Assembly (NCBI GenBank): GCA_051313645.2
Contig: JBNRSN020000770.1
Location: 62,001-113,517, forward strand
DNA length: 51,517 bases
Direction of reading: 5' to 3'
From: Centroscyllium fabricii
Lineage: Eukaryota
Shown here one piece after another: positions 46,322 to 51,517 of the stretch. The number at the start of each line of letters is the position of its first letter. The stretch's first letter is position 1. Position numbers and translations under genes: made by a program. The notes beneath the pieces are model-generated. The model ran no database searches, was not told where the DNA came from, and worked only from the letters and a program-made list of their open reading frames with translations.

Positions 46322-49300
46322 TGTAATGTTAACTGCATGCTTGAAGTAGTAGTTTAACAGCAAGTTATATAGGAGCTCCTTTTATTAGGTCTTTTCTCAT
46401 TGACTCCCAGACTAATCTGAAGCGTGGTCAAGATGGCGTCGGCTCCCACCAGGAAATGATGTCAGCCGTCAGTCAAACCCCTGCTGTCTTTACGACAGCT
46501 GCAGTTATCCATATATCTTCCCCCTTCAATGTGTACATAGTACATTTACAGGCATAACACAGTAATAACTTACTTAACATAACATATGTACATAATATAC
46601 AAACAGTCCGTGTAATTACCCCATGGAACCATTGCCAGGTACTCCTTTCCCAGGATTTATTAACTATTTAGTTTTTCACTCGTTTCTACAGGTCCATTTT
46701 GATTTCAGGTTTTCTAGTTCGCTGTGACCTGCGCAGCTGAACAGGTGTTTGCAAAATCTCCCCCGTTGTGTTCCTTAAGTTCATGTCTGTACCACACAGA
46801 TCCCATGTCCCATGGTCCCCACTGTGTCCTTCGTCACTCTGTGACGTTTCCCTCATCTCCTCTTCCTCTCTATCCTCTTGAGTGTGAAATGTCACAGTGG
46901 TTTTCAGTAGGTGCCTCCTGTTTCTGCGATAAATATCGCCATTCTCTGTCATGACACTGTATGACCAGGGTGCAACCTGTTGTAAAACTGTGGCTCTTTT
47001 AGACCAAGACTCCGGCCCTTGAATGCAAACCATGTCACTCGCCTGTAGCGGCACTAGCATTGTGGCTGTGCGGTCATGAAATGTCTTTTGATTCCTTTGT
47101 AGTTTCCTAGCCTTATCTGCCCACCCATCATCTATGTGGTCGGGTGCAACATAACTGGGAAGTCGTGTCCGGATTGTTCGCCCCATTAGGAGTTCAGCTG
47201 GCAACTTGCCACTTGCTAACGGGGCCGCCTTGTATGACATCATGGCCAGATATAGATCAGCGTTGCTGTATGCAGCTTTCTTTAACAGCCTTTTCACAAC
47301 CTGTACCACCTTCTCCGCTTTTCCATTAACCTGGGGATAGTGTGTGCGGGAGGTTATATGATTGAATTCCTACACTGAGGCAAATGCCCTAAACTCCTGA
47401 CTTGCGTAGTGAGGGTATTGTCATATACCAGAGTTAGAGGGATGCACTGTCTGGCAAAAATTGACTTCAAGTGCGTTTTCACACCTCTTGATGTCGTGCT
47501 GGACAACAGAACCATCTCCGGATAGTTGGAGTAGTAATCACTGATTAACAAATAGTCTTTCCCTTCATAATGCAATATATCAGTTCCGACCTTTTCCCAA
47601 GGCTGTGATGAGAGCTCTGTTGTAATGAGGGGCTCTTTTGTTTGTTTGTAGTGGTACTCCTGGCATGTAGCACACTCGCTGAACAACTGATCAATATCAG
47701 CATTCATGTTTGGCCAGTATGGTGCCCCTCGTGCTCTTCTTTTTGACTTTTCTGCACCCAGGTGCCCTTCATGTATCCGGTTTAGCATTTCTCGTCTCAT
47801 AGAGGTGGGCACCACTATCCTGTCAGACTTAAGCATTATTCCATTGACCACGGAGAACTCCCCCTGAATTTGATAATATTGTTTGCAGGACCCTTTTTTC
47901 CAGCTCTCTATTAGGTTGATCATGAAATTACTTAGGACCGGGTCCTTTGCTGTCTCTGACGATCACTGATAGTTGTTCTTGTGAGGCTGGCAATGCTGCG
48001 CGGACCATGTCCACATGGAGAGCCAGATCCTCTTCTGATTCACTGTTTTCTGTGGCGTAAGGCGCAGCCCTGGAGCGTGCGTCTGCAATATACATTTGTG
48101 TCCATGGCACATATGTTATGTCAAAATCGTAACGCTGAATTCTCATCATTAAGCATTGTATCCTTGGTGACATAGCACACAGATTCTTCTTTACAATCCC
48201 TAGCAGTGGCTTATGGTCTGTTTCTAGGATTAACTTGGGAAGAACATAGATGTAGGTATGACATTTTTCACACCCAAATGCTAAGCTCAGGCATTCCTTC
48301 TCGATTTGCATGCACTGGCACTCTGTAGCTGTCATAGAATGTGACGCATATGCCACCAGTCGATATTCCCCTTCATCATCTTGTAGAAGGACAGCCCCAA
48401 GTCCATCCTTAAAGTCGTCTGTGGACACTTTTATCCTCTTTTTAGGGCAGAAGATCTTCAGGAGGGTTTCGCTTGCTAGGATGTGTAGCAGCCCCTTCCA
48501 TTCTCTCTCATGTTCATGTCCCCATTGGAACTCTGTCTCTTGGTGCAGCAGTTTTCTCAGATGAACAGTTTTTGCTGCTAGATTTGGAATACATTTTCCT
48601 AGGTAGTTAACCATGCCAAGGGCCTGCGGAAACGCCTATTTGTCCTCTGGTTTCTCCATGTCATGTATTGCCATTATGTTTGATTTGTCTGGTTGGATCC
48701 CCTCTGTGGAGATCTTGTATCCTATGAATGTTATTTCCTTTACACTGAACTGGCATTTATATTTATTTAGCTTGAGTCCATACTGCTGTATTCTCTGGAG
48801 TGCTTTCTCCAGCCTGATGTCGTGCTCCCTTTAAGTGGAGCCCCACACCACCGTAATCATCCACGTACACCCGCACTCCCTCCAGGCCCTCAATGCTCCG
48901 CTCCATAGCTGTATGGGAGATTTCTGGGGCGGAGATAATGCCAAAGGGCAGACGCTGGTAGGAGTATCGACCAAACGGGGTGTTAAATGTGCACAGCTTG
49001 GCACATTCTTCATCTAGTTTCATCAACAGGGGAATAGAGTTTAAGAACCGGGAGGTCATGCTACAGCTGTACAGGTCACTGGTGAGACCACACTTGGAGT
49101 ACTGTGTGCAGCTCTGGGCACCGTAATACAAGAGAGATGTGGAGGCGCTGGAGAGGGTGCAGAGGAGATTCACCAGGATGCTGCCGGGAATTGGGGGAAA
49201 GTCGTACGAGGAGAGGTTGAGGGAGCTGGGACTCTTCTCCCTGGAACGGAGAAGGAAGAGGGGGGACTTAACAGAGATGTTTAAAATGATGAAGGGGATC

Positions 49301-51484
49301 GATAGAGTAAACGTGCAGAGACTGTTTCCCCGGGTGGGAAGAACGACAACAAGAGGGAACGAGCACAAGATTCAAGGAGGAAGATTCAGAAGGGATGGCA
49401 GGGGCAAGTTCTTTACACAGAGAGTGGTCGGGGAATGGAATAGGCTACCATCTGAAATAGTGGATGCGGACAGTCTGGGTGCTTTTAAAAGGATGATAGA
49501 TAGGTATATGGAGGGGAAGGATGAGTAGGGAGGACAGGAAAAATCAGAGACGGACTAAGCACGGCACTACATTGAGGGCCCAAGGGCCTGTACAGTGCTG
49601 TATGTTCTATGTTCTATGTAACTGCCAGAAGCCATGCAAGGCATCCATTTTGGAGAAAACTTTTGCTTCAGTCATTTCACTGACGATTTCCTCTCTTTTT
49701 GGAATTTGCTAGTGCTCTCTTTTTACATTGGCGTTATGGTCCTTGGGATCCATGCAGACTCGCAATTTATCAGTATTCTTTGAGTTAACCCAGACCATCG
49801 AATTTACCCAATCTGTTGGCAGCTCAATCTTCTTTATAACAGCTAGTCCCTCCATGCGGTCTACTTATTTTCTCCGTTTTTTCATAGAGGGCCACGGGAA
49901 CTCTTCCTGGGTGCGTGGATCACAGGTTGTGCATCCTCCTTCAGTGTTATGGAGTATGTGAAGTTTAGCGCTCCAAAACCCTGAAATACCTCTGAATATT
50001 TGCGTACTATAGTCTCATAGTTCAGATTGGTATTTTCTATAGGTCATGTTGCACACAGTTCAGCTCATTGACCGTTTACTGCATTTTTACTAAGCCCAAG
50101 TCCACACAGACCTTATTTAGCAGCAGTGACTCATGTCCTTCCAGCACTATGACAAACGTGAGGAAGTGCCTTCGATTTTTAAACTTCACCATCAATCTAC
50201 ACGTTCCTTTTGTCTCGATGCTTTGGCCATTGTATGCCTTCAGCGATACTGTATTGTTTAATTTTTTAGGTCTCACATTAAGATTCCGTGCATCACTGCA
50301 GCTTATCAGATTTGCCCTAGGCCCTGTATCAAGCTTGAAGGGGATTATTGTGCCATTTACCAGCTAGGGAACTATCCAGACATCCTTCTTTGGCACTATG
50401 GGCTGTGCTTCAAGATGCACCATTGCCACATACTAAGTCTCCGCTCCCGCCTCTGCAGCCTCAAAGTATGCATCGTCTTCTTACTTTCGCCTTTCTATTC
50501 CCAGAAACACATTTTGCAAATGTGATTTCTGTATTTGCATTTTGTGCAATTCTTTCCATAAGCAGGACACTGCCTGGCCACGTGTTTATTCCTGCACTAT
50601 CTGCATTTGTGAGACGTCATTTTGTTGTACTCTATGGACCCTCTTGGCTTTCTAGAGTCCCTTCTGTGGACAACATTCACCAGCAGGTTTTGCGGCCCCA
50701 GGGTGTTCCCATCAAAAGTGTTCATGTGAATGGCTGAAAATTCACTTGCTTGACAAATTTTTACCGCTGCCGCCAAATATAATTAATTGTCTCTCAGCAT
50801 TCTCCCCCTTAACCTTTTATCCGGTATTCCGAATACGACTTGATCCCGTATCATCGATTCTTTCAAATCATTAGAGTTGCATGTTTGTGCTTTCATTTTT
50901 CAGTCCGTAAGAAATAAATCAAAGGATTCCCCTTGCTTTTGCACCCGAGAGTTGAACACAAATCTTTCATACGTCTCATTCTTTTTTGAGCGCAGAATGC
51001 TTCAAACTGTTCGATAACTTTATCAAAATCATTTTTAGCATCTTTGGATGTAAAATTAAATGTGTTGAACAGCACACTTGCCTGTAAGCCTGCAACTGTT
51101 AATAACAAAGCTACTTTCCATGTTCCCGAAGTCGTGGAAGCTTCAATGGCTGTTAGGTAGAGGAGAAAGCGTTGTTTGAAGAACCACCGATTCTCATCCA
51201 CATTCCTTTGAGTTGTAGGTTAGCCGAAGGTTTAATTCCTTCCATCTTCCATAGTCGATCCTTTTCATTAGTTTAATGATCCTGGTATCATGTAATGTTA
51301 ATAGAATCCTCGAAATAGTAATCTAGCACCAACTTATATTGGAGCTCCTTTTAATAGGTATTTCCTCATTGACTCCAAGACTAATCTGAAGCACAGGCAA
51401 GATGGCGTCGGCTCCCGCCAGGATATGATGTCAGCCATCAGTCAAACCCCTGCTGTCTTTACAACAGCTGCAGTTATCCTTACA
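46322..51484 (-). mobile_element. Full-length Ty3/Gypsy element, Mag-like (K02A2.6-like pol), decayed
   Basis: 194-bp LTRs 46322-46515 and 51291-51484; TSD CCAAG; PBS TGATACCAGGA (tRNA-Leu-like, degenerate); PPT GAAGGGGGAAGA; gag WFFKQRF..KVALLL, PR KLDTG, RT RLPFGI/YVDD, RH TDHKPL, IN HEGHLG..CATC. Confidence 0.92.
49021..49618 (+). mobile_element. CR1 3' fragment inserted in the Mag-like RT
   Basis: LVRPHLEYCVQLWAP..., ORF 49139-49528, (TGTTCTA)n tail; removal restores GFWQLKLDEECAK exactly, with no TSD. Confidence 0.93.
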
Positions 51485-51517
51485 CCAAGGTTCGATACAG
51501 TTTTAGCATAACTGAAC

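Noticed and set aside
48763-49368. 201-aa RT-like fusion ORF
   Set aside because: Chance read-through from antisense CR1 into the interrupted Gypsy RT.

Overview
Eukaryotic, repeat-dense vertebrate DNA. The CR1 3' tails, SINE, Penelope-type terminus and GPCR type point to a cartilaginous fish (inference). No intact host gene was found. The only host-type gene is a two-exon GPR139/142-like GPCR pseudogene (exon 1 ~3634-3704, exon 2 8577-~9460). A CpG/CCAAT-rich promoter-like island lies at ~40.5-41.3 kb. The rest is nested mobile DNA: many CR1 LINE fragments; a PIF/Harbinger relic with a spliced Myb/SANT ORF and Harbinger-like MITEs; a hAT MITE; a ~10 kb 39-bp satellite split by a young CR1; a ~3.7 kb 38-bp satellite; and three full-length Ty3/Gypsy elements of different clades (Tf1/sushi chromovirus 26713-33293, CsRn1-like 41504-46035, Mag-like 46322-51484), plus a solo LTR. 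Two items stand out. (1) Removing two insertions by hand reveals a decayed ~2 kb envelope-like ORF (23865-33707) whose cysteine/motif pattern resembles the F-protein-like Env of lokiretroviruses. (2) A non-coding LTR mini-element (34342-36579) has only 170 bp of internal sequence, and its self-priming PBS duplex co-varies with that of the neighbouring chromovirus. All family assignments come from motif recognition, not database searches.
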